This document shows, in pieces, positions 1 to 9,591 of a stretch of DNA of 61,676 bases. Under the pieces are notes generated by a model, which was not told the DNA's origin, ran no database searches, and saw only the letters and a program-made list of their open reading frames with translations. Origin of the DNA: Candidatus Saccharicenans sp. (GTDB lineage Bacteria; Acidobacteriota; Aminicenantia; Aminicenantales; Saccharicenantaceae). The stretch's first letter is position 1. Each line of letters begins with the position of its first letter. The DNA lies in assembly GCA_029907135.1 (NCBI GenBank), contig JARYMJ010000007.1:1-61676 (forward strand), given 5' to 3'. Both the position numbers and the translations under genes were made by a program.

Positions 1-1560
1 CGGCTCCTTGGACATCAGCGACCTGATGACCGCGGCCATCAGGTTGGCCTGGGGCGCCGCCAGGGCCCCGCTCTGGAAGGAAAAGGCTTTGTCCAGGATG
101 AAGATGGCCACGCCCACGGCCAGGGCCGAAACCAGGATGCCGGTAAACTTGAACCTTTCCTGGTTCCTGGGGGTGGCTCCTATCCAGTAGCCGATCTTGA
201 GGTCGGTGATGAAGCTGCCGGAGACGGCCAGGGCGGTGCAGACTACGGCCCCGATCAGAAGGGCCACGGCCATGCCTTCCTGTCCGGAAAGCCCCGCCCC
301 TATCAGGATGACACTGGACAGAATCAGGGTGATCAGGGTCATGCCGGAGACCGGGTTGGTGCCAACGATGGCAATGGCCGTGGCCGCCACCGTGGTGAAC
401 AGAAAGGACAGCACCAGGCAGATGACCACTCCAATCAGGGCATATTTCAGGTTGGAAATCCAGAGGAAGTAAAAGAAGATGGCCACGGCCGTAACCAGGA
501 TGCCGATGATGATGGTGGACATCTTGAGGTCGCGGTCGGTTCTGATGGTTTCAGCCGAATGCTGCTTGCCCTTGAGAATTTCCTTGAAGCCCAGAGAAAA
601 AGCCCGGGCCATGATCGGCAGGGACTTGATTATACCCAGCACCCCGGCCATGAAGATGGCCCCGATGCCTATGTAGCGGACGTAGGTGGTAAAAATCTGG
701 ACTTCGCTCATCTGGGCAATGGGAATTTTCCCAGGATAGATGGCTGCGGTGAAGTGCTGGCCCAGAAACCAGATGACCGGGATGAAGCCAAAGTGCGAGA
801 GCAGTCCACCGGCCACGATGATGGCGTTATAACGCAGCCCGATGACATAACCCAGCCCCAGGAAGGCTGACAGGGCGTCTATCTTCAGCACCATGCGGCT
901 CTTTTCAGCCAGTCGGTCCATGAAGGGCAGGAAACGGAAAGTTATGACTTCATTCCACAGCCGGACGCCGATGGCCAGGAATTCATAGATTCCGGAGACA
1001 ATGACTCCCAGGATGAGTGGTTTAGCCTGGTCGCCCCCGCCTTCGCCCGAAACCAGGATTTCGGTGGTGGCGGTGGCTTCCGGGAAGGGCAGCTTGCCGT
1101 GCTGCTCGGCGCAGAAATAGCGGCGCAGCGGAATCAGGAACAGGATACCCAGGCAGCCTCCTAGGAAGGTCGACAGGAAGATCTTAAAAATGTCGATTGG
1201 CAACCCGATGATAAACAGAGCCGGGATAGTGAAGATAGCTCCGGCCACCAGGGCCCCGGAAGCCGCGCCTATCGATTGGATGATAACGTTTTCCAGGATG
1301 GTGTTCTTCCGGGAGTAGGTATAACCCAGGCCCACAGCCAGTATGGCGATGGGGATGGCGGCTTCGGGAACGGTGCCCACTTTGAGGCCCAGGTAGGCCA
1401 TGGAAAAGGTGAAGAACAGAGCCATGAACAGTCCCCAGAGCACCGAACGAGTGGTAACTTCGGGGATGAGCTTTTCGGCCGGAACCAGCGGGGTGTATTT
1501 TTCGCCGGGGGCCAGCTCACGGTAAGCTTCAGGCGGCAGGGATTTTTTGGCGGTCTCCAT
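1..1560 (-). CDS. OPT-family oligopeptide transporter (3' end runs off the window)
   Basis: Not in the ORF track because it is truncated. Read manually from ATG at 1560: METAKKSLPPEAYRELAPGEKYTPLVPAEKLIPEVTTRSVLWGLFMALFFTFSMAYLGLKVGTVPEAAIPIAILAVG...ENVIIQSIGAASG..., later PFPEATA and DLKIGYWIGATP, all typical OPT motifs. GGAGG SD upstream. Confidence 0.9.
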   Translation of the reverse strand, partial: METAKKSLPPEAYRELAPGEKYTPLVPAEKLIPEVTTRSVLWGLFMALFFTFSMAYLGLKVGTVPEAAIPIAILAVGLGYTYSRKNTILENVIIQSIGAASGALVAGAIFTIPALFIIGLPIDIFKIFLSTFLGGCLGILFLIPLRRYFCAEQHGKLPFPEATATTEILVSGEGGGDQAKPLILGVIVSGIYEFLAIGVRLWNEVITFRFLPFMDRLAEKSRMVLKIDALSAFLGLGYVIGLRYNAIIVAGGLLSHFGFIPVIWFLGQHFTAAIYPGKIPIAQMSEVQIFTTYVRYIGIGAIFMAGVLGIIKSLPIMARAFSLGFKEILKGKQHSAETIRTDRDLKMSTIIIGILVTAVAIFFYFLWISNLKYALIGVVICLVLSFLFTTVAATAIAIVGTNPVSGMTLITLILSSVILIGAGLSGQEGMAVALLIGAVVCTALAVSGSFITDLKIGYWIGATPRNQERFKFTGILVSALAVGVAIFILDKAFSFQSGALAAPQANLMAAVIRSLMSKEP

Positions 1561-1605
1561 TGGCCCTCCTTAAATAATTAAATTTTTAGTTTATTAAAAA
1601 GAGGG

Positions 1606-3528
1606 TTATTCGCCAAGCCTTCCCAGCAGCTCGTCGGTGACCCGATTAAAAAGGTTGTAGTTGACCTTGAGCTTCAGGTCCTGCCGGACTTTCTGCAGAT
1701 AGCTGTAGAGGAACATCTCCCGCGATTGGTTGAGGAGAGTTGCCATTTCCTGGTCCTTGACCTGGGCAAAATCTTCCCGTGTAACTTCTTTTCTTTCCAG
1801 CACCCGGACCACGGCGTAGCCGCCGCTGGTTTCAAAGGGCTCGCTCGGTTGATTGAGAGGCAGGCTGAAGACAAGTTTATCCAGTTCAGTGGTGTCATCG
1901 ATCAGACTCAGGTACTGGCCGCGCTTGTGGGTTTCGGCTCGCTTGAATTCCAGCCCGTTATTCTTGGCAAACTCTTCCCAGTCGGTGGCCTGGGCGTACT
2001 TCAGGGAGGCCAGCTTTTCTTTTAGCCTGTCCTTCTTCAGCTCGCTTATCAGGTCGGCCTGGACCTGGTCTTTGACCTCTTCCAGGGAAGCGGGATGCTC
2101 GGGCTCGATTTTCACCAGCTGGGCCAGAGCCACCCCTTCGTAGGTAAAAATGGGGGAAGAGATTTCTTTCTCCTTGAGCTCAAAAAGAGTCTGACTGATG
2201 AAACCGGAAGAATCGGTACCGGGGAGCGGGTCGCCTGTCTTGAGCAGCCCGGTGGCCTGGGTGTTCAGTCCCTCACGCCGGGCGGCCTGTTCTAAATTCC
2301 TGGTCTTCTTGGCCACCCTGGCCAGCTTTTCCATCCGGTCCGAGGCCTGGTTCCGGGCTTTTTGTTCCAGAAGGCTGTTCTGGATCATGGCCTTGACTTC
2401 GGCCAGGGACCTGGTAATTTCAGGCATCTTGTCGGTGACCTTCAGGATGGAGACGGCGTAGCCCAGGTCGAGGGGGTCGGAGACCTGATTGGTTTCCAGC
2501 TGGGTGATGATTTTTATTTCCTCGGGAGTGAAATTCTGCCAGTCGTAATAGCCCCAGTCGCCACCGGCCCTGGCCTTGTCGTCCTTGGAGTGCTGGGCGG
2601 CCAGCCGGGCAAAATCTTCTCCGGCGGCCAGCCTGGACTTTAGATTATGGCCCAGGTCGAGCATCTGCTGTTTGTCAGCTTCGGTGTAGGTCAGGTAAAT
2701 CCGACTGACCTTGATTTTAGCCGGTTCCTTGAACTGGCTGAGATTTTCCCGGTAATACTTTTCTATTTCGGAATCGGAAACGGTTATTTCTTTTTTCAGG
2801 TCCTCGGTCTTGAGGAAAGCCATCTGTCCTTCCCGCTTTTCCGGCACCCGGTAGCGGTCTTTATTTTTTTCAAAGTAATTCTTAACCTCTTCCTCGGTGG
2901 GAGTGGCGGCCAGCTCAATTTTATCGGGTGAGGCCACCAGGTACTCGATTTTAACCGTTTCGTTCTGGGTGCGGTAGTTTTCCCAGACCTCCTCTTCGGT
3001 CACGGCCACTCCGGCCGTCAGCAGCTGGTAGATCTTGTTGATCAGGATGTCATCCCGCAGACTGTCTTCGAATTTCTGCAGCGGGACATGATTCCAGTCT
3101 AGGATTCTCTTGTATTCTTCAAAACCGACAAATTTCCCTTCTCTCTGGAAAACGGGAAAACTCATTATTTTTTCCTGGAGTTCACGGTCGGTGGCTTTCA
3201 GGCCTTTTTTCCTGGCCAGGTGCAGCAGCAGCTGCTGCTGGATCATCTGCTCCAGGATCTGCTGGGGCAGGTTCAGCTGCCGCAGCAGGCTGGGATTGAG
3301 GTCGGGGTAGTCCTTCTTCATGGCTTCCACTCTCTGCCTTAAGACCTGGAAATAATCATCGGCCGAGATGCTGCTCTTGCCAACCTGGACGATGGTATTG
3401 GCCTGCCTAGATTCACCCAGGCGGCCGGCCCCGCCCCAGACGGCGAAGATGGCTATGATAAAAGTGGCGATGACAATCCAGAGGACTGGAGCCAGTGATT
3501 TGACGTTCTTCCGCATGGTCTTAAGCAT
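1606..3528 (-). CDS. ppiD: SurA N-terminal/PpiD-like parvulin peptidyl-prolyl isomerase chaperone
   Basis: N-terminal TM anchor, SurA_N region, rotamase motif GEDFARLAAQHSKDDKARAGGDWG; 640 aa. Confidence 0.85.
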   Translation of the reverse strand: MLKTMRKNVKSLAPVLWIVIATFIIAIFAVWGGAGRLGESRQANTIVQVGKSSISADDYFQVLRQRVEAMKKDYPDLNPSLLRQLNLPQQILEQMIQQQLLLHLARKKGLKATDRELQEKIMSFPVFQREGKFVGFEEYKRILDWNHVPLQKFEDSLRDDILINKIYQLLTAGVAVTEEEVWENYRTQNETVKIEYLVASPDKIELAATPTEEEVKNYFEKNKDRYRVPEKREGQMAFLKTEDLKKEITVSDSEIEKYYRENLSQFKEPAKIKVSRIYLTYTEADKQQMLDLGHNLKSRLAAGEDFARLAAQHSKDDKARAGGDWGYYDWQNFTPEEIKIITQLETNQVSDPLDLGYAVSILKVTDKMPEITRSLAEVKAMIQNSLLEQKARNQASDRMEKLARVAKKTRNLEQAARREGLNTQATGLLKTGDPLPGTDSSGFISQTLFELKEKEISSPIFTYEGVALAQLVKIEPEHPASLEEVKDQVQADLISELKKDRLKEKLASLKYAQATDWEEFAKNNGLEFKRAETHKRGQYLSLIDDTTELDKLVFSLPLNQPSEPFETSGGYAVVRVLERKEVTREDFAQVKDQEMATLLNQSREMFLYSYLQKVRQDLKLKVNYNLFNRVTDELLGRLGE

Positions 3529-3531
3529 GGC

Positions 3532-4035
3532 TTATTTCTCCTGTTTCTTTTCTTCCCGGGCGAAATAGGGTTTCAACCGGTTGTAGGTGGCCTGGAGGTC
3601 CTCGCAGAACACCCTGGTCTGGCCGATGATCGGCATGAAGTTAGAATCGCCGGGCCAGCGGGGGACGATATGAACGTGGAAATGGCCGGTCACCCCGGCC
3701 CCGGCTGGCTGCCCCAGGTTCAGGCCAAGGTTAAACCCGTGCGGCCGGTAACTCTTCTTTAATATTCTTATGGCCAGCTGGACCAGCTCGGTGGTCTCGG
3801 ACACTATTTCTCGGGGCGCGGTCTCGAAGTTGGCCAGGTGACGGTAGGGAGCCACCATCAGATGACCGGTGGTGTAGGGGAAGCGGTTGATGATGACGAA
3901 ATTGTGCCGTCCGCGGTAGAGGATGAGCGACTCCCGCTCATCTTTCTTTTTGAGAGCCTGACAGAAAACACAGTTTTTCATCTTCAGGGCCTTTTGGACG
4001 TAAGCCAGTCGCCAGGGAGCGGTACAGTATCTCAT
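3532..4035 (-). CDS. HIT-family hydrolase (Ap4A phosphorylase/FHIT-like)
   Basis: APWR, CVFC, NRFPYTTGHLMV and the histidine triad HFHVHIVPRWPGD. Confidence 0.9.
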   Translation of the reverse strand: MRYCTAPWRLAYVQKALKMKNCVFCQALKKKDERESLILYRGRHNFVIINRFPYTTGHLMVAPYRHLANFETAPREIVSETTELVQLAIRILKKSYRPHGFNLGLNLGQPAGAGVTGHFHVHIVPRWPGDSNFMPIIGQTRVFCEDLQATYNRLKPYFAREEKKQEK

Positions 4036-4313
4036 TTATTCTGGTTAAGCATCTCTTTCAGCAGCTTGGAAGGTTTGAAGTAAAGAACCTTCTTGGGTGG
4101 CACCTTGACCAGTTCGCCCGTCCGGGGATTGCGGCCGGACCGCGGGGCCCGCTGCCGGAAGCGAAAGCTGCCGAAGCCGCGGAATTCGATTTCTTCGCCC
4201 TTGAGGATGGCCTCTTTGATGGCCTCGAAAAACAGGTTGACCCCGACTTCCGCCTCCTGCTTGGAGATGTTCAATTCCCGGGAAACGATGTTTACCAGGT
4301 CGGCTTTGATCAT
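4032..4313 (-). CDS. ihfB: Integration host factor beta / HU family DNA-binding protein
   Basis: IEFRGFGSF...GRNPRTG...FKPSK signature; directly downstream of rpsA. Confidence 0.85.
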   Translation of the reverse strand: MIKADLVNIVSRELNISKQEAEVGVNLFFEAIKEAILKGEEIEFRGFGSFRFRQRAPRSGRNPRTGELVKVPPKKVLYFKPSKLLKEMLNQNK

Positions 4314-6052
4314 GATTCACCCTCCTTTTTGCCGTTATCCTTGACGGGTAAATTCTTGAGTTGTTCCCTTAAAAGGTCGCCCAGAGTCAGGCGATCGCTC
4401 TGGCCTTCCAGGTATTTCTGGAATTCCTTTTTTTGCTGGTCCATCTGGGCCTGCCGGAAACTCAGGGAGATTTTCCTGGCGGCCGGGTTAAGCTTGATAA
4501 TCTTGGCCATTTTCTCGTCGCCGATTTTGAAGACTTCGGCCGGGTTTTCAATCCGGTTGTCATCCAGCTCCGAGTTGAAGACCACGCCCTCAATTCCTGG
4601 CATGATTTCTACAAAGACTCCGAAATCGGCAATCCGGACAATCTTGACTTTCAGCACGTCGCCCACCTTCTGCCGCTTAAAGAAATCTTCCCAGATGTCG
4701 CCTTCCAGTTGCTTGATGCCCAGTGAGACCTTCTGTTTTTCCAGGTCCACATTGAGCAGGACAACTTCGATCTCTTCTCCCACCTTGACCTTCTCCGAGG
4801 GGTGCTTGATCTTTTCCCAGCTAATGTCTGAAATATGAACCAGACCTTCGATATCTTTGTCCACCTGGACGAAGGCCCCGAAATCAGTCAGGCTGGTGAC
4901 TTTGCCCCGGATCCGCGAACCGGGGTTGTGCTTCTGGGAGAAGATTTCCAGCGGGTGGGGGGTAACCTGCTTGAGCCCCAGGGAAATCCGGCGATTTTCC
5001 GGGTTGATTTCCAGCACCTGGACGGTCACTTCCTGGCCCACCTGCAGCACTTTCTTGGGATGGACCATCTTCTTGGACCAGGTCAGGTCGGAGACATGGA
5101 CCAGGCCTTCCACGCCTTTTTCCAGCTCGACGAAGGCCCCGAAATCAGTTAGGCTGACCACCCGGCCGGTGATTCTCCTTCCGGGCTGGTATTTCTGACC
5201 CACACTCAACCAGGGGTCGGGAGTCAGCTGCTTGTAGCCGAGAGAAATCCTTTCTTCATTCTCGTTGAAGTCCAGGACCACTACCTCCACTTCCTGGCCG
5301 ACCTGGAGAACTTCCGAAGGATGGCTGACTTTGCCCCAGCTGAGGTCGGATATATGCAGCAGTCCTTCCACCCCGCCCAGGTCGATGAAAGCCCCAAAGC
5401 TGGTCAGGGACTTGACTATCCCCTTGACCTTCCCACCCTTGACCAGCCGGCTGAAGACCCGGCGTTTCCTCTTTTCCCGTTCGTCCTGGAGCAGGAGTTT
5501 CCGGGAAAGGACCACGTCCTCTTCCTTGCGGTTGAATTTCGTAATCTTGAATTTGAGGGTTTGACCCAGGAGTGAATCCGGGTCCTTGAGGGGGCGGAGG
5601 TCGGCATGGGCTTCGGGTAAAAAGGCATCCAGCCCGACATCGACCGTGTAACCGTTCCTGGTCCGGGCTTTGACGGTTCCGGTGACCCAGTTATTGGAAT
5701 GATAGGCCCTTTCCAGTTGTTCCAAGGCCCGGAGGACATCGGCTTTCCTCTTGGAGAGGAGGAAATAGCCGTCCTGGGGTCTGGACCTTTCCAGGATGGC
5801 CTCTATTTCGGTCCCGACTTTAATTTCTTCAAATTCCTGTGGATTGCGAAAATCTTCCAGGGGGATAGCCCCTTCGGTTTTGTGGCCGATATCGAGCAAC
5901 AGGTGGCTGGGGGTTTTCTTCACCACCCGGCCGCGGATCAACGTGCCGGAACTCAGTTCCTGGTCGGACAGGTGGTACTGGTCCAGAAGACGTTCGTAGT
6001 CTTCTGGAGTAAGCTGCTCCTCGTTCTTGGGGTTCTTTTTGCTGTCAATCAT
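4310..6052 (-). CDS. rpsA: 30S ribosomal protein S1
   Basis: Tandem S1 repeats (LTDFGAFV...EGLVHISD); 580 aa. Confidence 0.97.
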   Translation of the reverse strand: MIDSKKNPKNEEQLTPEDYERLLDQYHLSDQELSSGTLIRGRVVKKTPSHLLLDIGHKTEGAIPLEDFRNPQEFEEIKVGTEIEAILERSRPQDGYFLLSKRKADVLRALEQLERAYHSNNWVTGTVKARTRNGYTVDVGLDAFLPEAHADLRPLKDPDSLLGQTLKFKITKFNRKEEDVVLSRKLLLQDEREKRKRRVFSRLVKGGKVKGIVKSLTSFGAFIDLGGVEGLLHISDLSWGKVSHPSEVLQVGQEVEVVVLDFNENEERISLGYKQLTPDPWLSVGQKYQPGRRITGRVVSLTDFGAFVELEKGVEGLVHVSDLTWSKKMVHPKKVLQVGQEVTVQVLEINPENRRISLGLKQVTPHPLEIFSQKHNPGSRIRGKVTSLTDFGAFVQVDKDIEGLVHISDISWEKIKHPSEKVKVGEEIEVVLLNVDLEKQKVSLGIKQLEGDIWEDFFKRQKVGDVLKVKIVRIADFGVFVEIMPGIEGVVFNSELDDNRIENPAEVFKIGDEKMAKIIKLNPAARKISLSFRQAQMDQQKKEFQKYLEGQSDRLTLGDLLREQLKNLPVKDNGKKEGES

Positions 6053-6920
6053 GGGTCACCTTCTCCTGGTTTGAATTCTGTTGGAAGCTATGGCTGATAG
6101 CCGCAACAGTTTTTTTGATTACCTCGGGCGGAGTGGAAGCTCCACCCGAAAGCCCGATCTTGTTTACTCCCTGAAGCATGTCAGGGGTGATTTCTTCCGG
6201 TGATTCAATGAAATAGGTCCTGGGCAGAAGCCGCCGGGAAATTTGATAGAGCTTGTTGGTGTTGGAACTGTTTTTGCCGCCGATGATCAGCAGGGCTTCG
6301 ACCTTTCTGGCCAGCCGGGCCGTGGCCACTTGGCGGATGCGGGTTGACTGGCAGATGGTATTGAAGACCTGGAGCTCGGCCGTTTTCTCTACCAGGGCGG
6401 CCACCACCTGGCTGAAGAGGTGTCCATCCTGGGTGGACTGGGCCAGGACGGCTCTTTTTTTCTTGAAGGGCAGCGCCCGGGCCTGCTCTTCGCTTTCCAC
6501 CACCAGGGCTTTTCTCCGGCTGTAATCGAGCAAGCCCTGAATTTCCGGGTGGTTCTTGTTACCGACGATGATTATTTCCCCTGCCCGGCGGCCCAGCCGG
6601 TCTACCAGTTGCTGGATTTTTTTAACGATGGGGCAGGTGGCGTCCACCAGCTTGACCTTCTTCCTCTTGAGGGCCCGAAAGATGGCCGGGGAGACACCGT
6701 GGCTGCGGATGATGACCGTATCTCCCGCCTGCAGCTGACTCAGGGAAGTGGCCACCTGAATGCCCTTCTTTTCCAGCTCCTGGATGACTTCAGGGTTATG
6801 AATGATTTCGCCCCAGCTGAAAATGCGACGGTGGGCCTTTTTGCCCGTCTGGCGGGCTAGCTGCAGGGCCCGCCTGACTCCGTAACAAAAACCGCTGTTT
6901 CTGGCGACGATAATTTCCAT
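6045..6920 (-). CDS. ispH: 4-hydroxy-3-methylbut-2-enyl diphosphate reductase
   Basis: GFCYGV, IIHN, RSHG, DATCP, NTIC, SSNT and GASTP motifs. Confidence 0.95.
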   Translation of the reverse strand: MEIIVARNSGFCYGVRRALQLARQTGKKAHRRIFSWGEIIHNPEVIQELEKKGIQVATSLSQLQAGDTVIIRSHGVSPAIFRALKRKKVKLVDATCPIVKKIQQLVDRLGRRAGEIIIVGNKNHPEIQGLLDYSRRKALVVESEEQARALPFKKKRAVLAQSTQDGHLFSQVVAALVEKTAELQVFNTICQSTRIRQVATARLARKVEALLIIGGKNSSNTNKLYQISRRLLPRTYFIESPEEITPDMLQGVNKIGLSGGASTPPEVIKKTVAAISHSFQQNSNQEKVTHD

Positions 6921-6949
6921 AGATTATATTGATTGAAGAATAGCCTTTT

Positions 6950-6978
6950 ATACTATAGAAGTCATAACCCTTTGTCAA
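6950..6978 (-). promoter_or_regulatory. sigma70 promoter for the ispH-rpsA-ihfB operon
   Basis: TTGACA (6978-6973), 17-nt spacer, TAGTAT (6955-6950). Confidence 0.7.
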
Positions 6979-7007
6979 CCCTAAGTATAGGAAAAATCTT
7001 TACTTAG

Positions 7008-7176
7008 AGCCAGTCAGGGCTGACCCTCCTCAGGTCCCTTTGGCCACCCGTTCTTTCCTTCAGGCCGGCTTGGATTCAACTCATAATCCAGCCCCGAACG
7101 GGTCCACGCTCTTGCCCGACCTGCCTGCCCGGCCAAACCTATCTGAGGGCAACTCTGACCTTAAACGGTCCCGGCC
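7008..7176 (-). ncRNA. Structured ~170-nt ncRNA candidate (6S RNA-like rod; family unassigned)
   Basis: Nested complementary segments 7012-7022/7150-7160, 7028-7033/7143-7148, 7039-7045/7131-7137, 7046-7053/7096-7103 and 7067-7076/7085-7093. GC-rich island between AT-rich flanks. Strand is inferred from G-U pairs and is uncertain. Confidence 0.5.
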
Positions 7177-7210
7177 TTGCTTATATAAAAATAACAAAAA
7201 AGAGGCGGGC

Positions 7211-7759
7211 TCAAGAAATAGCCTGCTTTTCTTCCTCCAGGATTTTAGCAATTTCCTCTTCCCGGGGCAAATCCTCTAGGCTGTTCAGTCCGAAATATTG
7301 CAGGAACCTTTCACTCGTCCGGTAGACCAGGGGATTGCCCGGAGCCTTTTTCCGGCCGACAATCTTGATCAGCTTCTTCTGCAGCAAGGTTTTCAGGCAA
7401 TAGGTTGAATCCACGCCCCGGATGGCTGAAATCTCGGCCTGAGTGATGGGTTGATGGTAGGCGATGATACTCAGGGTTTCCAGGGCGGCCGAGGATAGCT
7501 TGGTCTTCTTCTCTATTTGCAACAACCGCCGGATCCACTGGTCATGTTCGGGCTTGGTAGTGAAGAGGTAACCGCCGGCCGACTGGATAACCTGAATGCC
7601 CCGGCTGTCAGCGGCGTAATCGGCCAGCAGGGCTTCGAGGGCGGCCTGGAGCTCATCTTCCGGCACTTCTTCCAGGACTTCCTTGATTTTATTCAGGGTC
7701 AGCGGTTCCTGCGAGATGAAAATCAGGGCTTCCAGTATGGCTTTGAGCTGTTCATTCAT
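7211..7759 (-). CDS. scpB: SMC-Scp complex subunit ScpB
   Basis: LEALIF, LSSAALETLSIIAYHQPIT, IRGV, FLQYFGLNSLEDLP. Confidence 0.95.
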   Translation of the reverse strand: MNEQLKAILEALIFISQEPLTLNKIKEVLEEVPEDELQAALEALLADYAADSRGIQVIQSAGGYLFTTKPEHDQWIRRLLQIEKKTKLSSAALETLSIIAYHQPITQAEISAIRGVDSTYCLKTLLQKKLIKIVGRKKAPGNPLVYRTSERFLQYFGLNSLEDLPREEEIAKILEEEKQAIS

Positions 7760-8552
7760 GGCTGTGTCCGTGGGGTTGAGTTCTGGGTCGGCGCAGCCAG
7801 ACCCGGATGGTCTGGAAAAGTTGTTCCTGCACCGCCACCACCAGGTGGTTCTTGACCAGTTCCAGCAGGCAGAAAAAAGAAACCAGGGCTTCTTCCAGGG
7901 TTTCCTGGCTGGAGAAGTATTCCAGGAAATCCATGGAGCCGCGGCTTTTCAGGTAGCCGACCATTTCTTTCATCTTTTCTTCAACCGAGACGTCCTTACC
8001 CCTGATGACCTGGAGGTTTTCCCTTTCTCTTTTTTTCATCAGCAGGAAGAAAGTTTCGGCCAGGTCATACAGGCTGACTTCCAGCAGCTCGGCTTCCTCC
8101 GGCCTGGCCACCGGCGGCAAGAAGGTTCTTTTCCAGCGCAGCAACTGGTCTTCTTCTTTTTCCCGGAGCAGGCTGCAGGCCACCTTGACTTTCTGGAATT
8201 CCAGCAGCCGGTCAACCAGGATCTGGCGAGGGTCATCGGCCTGGAGGGCCTCCTGCTCGCGGGGCAGCAGCATCTGGGATTTGATGTAAATCAGCAGGGC
8301 GGCGATCAGCAGGAACTCGGCTTCCCGGTCGAGGTTAATCTGCTCTTTCCTTTCCAGGTATTCCAGGTAATCGCGGGTGATGACGGCGATGGGAATGTCG
8401 TGGATATCGATTTTTTTCTTGCGGATCAGGAAGAGCAACAGGTCGAGCGGGCCCTCGAAGATTTCCAGCCTGACCTGGTAACCATCGTTTGAGACCGGAG
8501 AGCCCGGGGTAAGCACCTGGCTTTCCGGTAGCTCCTGAATTTCCTGTTCCAT
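7752..8552 (-). CDS. scpA: Segregation/condensation protein A
   Basis: FEGPLDLLLFLI, IKSQMLLP, FFCLLELVK. Confidence 0.95.
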   Translation of the reverse strand: MEQEIQELPESQVLTPGSPVSNDGYQVRLEIFEGPLDLLLFLIRKKKIDIHDIPIAVITRDYLEYLERKEQINLDREAEFLLIAALLIYIKSQMLLPREQEALQADDPRQILVDRLLEFQKVKVACSLLREKEEDQLLRWKRTFLPPVARPEEAELLEVSLYDLAETFFLLMKKRERENLQVIRGKDVSVEEKMKEMVGYLKSRGSMDFLEYFSSQETLEEALVSFFCLLELVKNHLVVAVQEQLFQTIRVWLRRPRTQPHGHSHE

Positions 8553-9580
8553 CAGCCCTTTCCTGAACCGGTTTGACCACCAGGGAAAACCAGTCCCATC
8601 ACCCGGCGTACCTCAGCCATGGTTTTCTGGGCTACTTCCCTGGCCTTAATATTTCCCTGCTCAAAGATTTCCCAGACCAACCTGGGGTGCTTTTCGTAAT
8701 AAGCCCTTTTCTCCCGGAAGCCGGCAAATTCTTCAATCAGCGCTTCTATCACCACCTTCTTGCATTCCAGGCAGCCGATGGAAGCGGCCCGGCAGCCCGC
8801 GGCCAGTTCTTCTCGCCGACCTTCAGGGACGAAGGCCCGGTGCAGGGTGAAGACCGGGCAGTCGTCTGGTTCGCCCGGGTCGGAGCGGCGTTTTCTCCGG
8901 GTGTCGGTCACCATGGGTGAGATTTTTTTCCTGATGGTCTCGGGCGAATCCTTGAGGTAGATGGCGTTGCCATAGGATTTGCTCATCTTCCGCCCGTCAG
9001 TCCCGGCCAGCTTGGGAACTTCGGTCAGCAGCATCTGGGGCTCGGGAAAGACCTCTCCGTAAAAGCGGTTGAAACGGCGGACGATCTCCCGGGCCAGCTC
9101 GATGTGAAAGGCCTGGTCTTCGCCAACCGGCACCACTTCGGCTTTATAAATGATAATGTCGGCGGTCTGCAGCAGAGGATAACCCAGGAAGCCATAAGTA
9201 TTTAGTTCCCGGTCCTGGAGCTCCTGTTGCTGTTCCTTGAAGGTCGGAACCCTTTCCAGCCAGGGCAGCGGGGTAATCATCGACAGAAGCAGGTGGAGTT
9301 CAGCATGCTCTTTGACTTCAGACTGCAGGAACAGGACCGATTTTTCCGGGTCCAGGCCGGCGGCCAGCCAGTCCAGGGCAACCTCGAAGGTGAATTCTTT
9401 AATGACCCTGGGATTCTGGTACTCTGAGCTCAGGGCGTGCCAGGGCACGATGGCAAAAAAACAGCGGTGGGTTTCCTGGAGCCTGACCCAGCCGCGCAGG
9501 GCCCCGACGTAGTTGCCGAGATGCAGGGGACCGGTTGGCCTCATCCCGCTCAGCACAATTTTTTTACGGTGTTGACTCAT
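8552..9580 (-). CDS. trpS: Tryptophan--tRNA ligase
   Basis: SGMRPTGPLHLGNY (HIGH), YPLLQTADI, VPVGEDQ, KMSKS. Confidence 0.97.
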   Translation of the reverse strand: MSQHRKKIVLSGMRPTGPLHLGNYVGALRGWVRLQETHRCFFAIVPWHALSSEYQNPRVIKEFTFEVALDWLAAGLDPEKSVLFLQSEVKEHAELHLLLSMITPLPWLERVPTFKEQQQELQDRELNTYGFLGYPLLQTADIIIYKAEVVPVGEDQAFHIELAREIVRRFNRFYGEVFPEPQMLLTEVPKLAGTDGRKMSKSYGNAIYLKDSPETIRKKISPMVTDTRRKRRSDPGEPDDCPVFTLHRAFVPEGRREELAAGCRAASIGCLECKKVVIEALIEEFAGFREKRAYYEKHPRLVWEIFEQGNIKAREVAQKTMAEVRRVMGLVFPGGQTGSGKG

Positions 9581-9591
9581 GGTAGCCAGTC

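Noticed and set aside
4866-5160. Near-identical ~25-nt repeats within rpsA (possible DGR template/variable repeat)
   Set aside because: They encode the LTDFGAFV motif of tandem S1 domains, and there is no reverse transcriptase.
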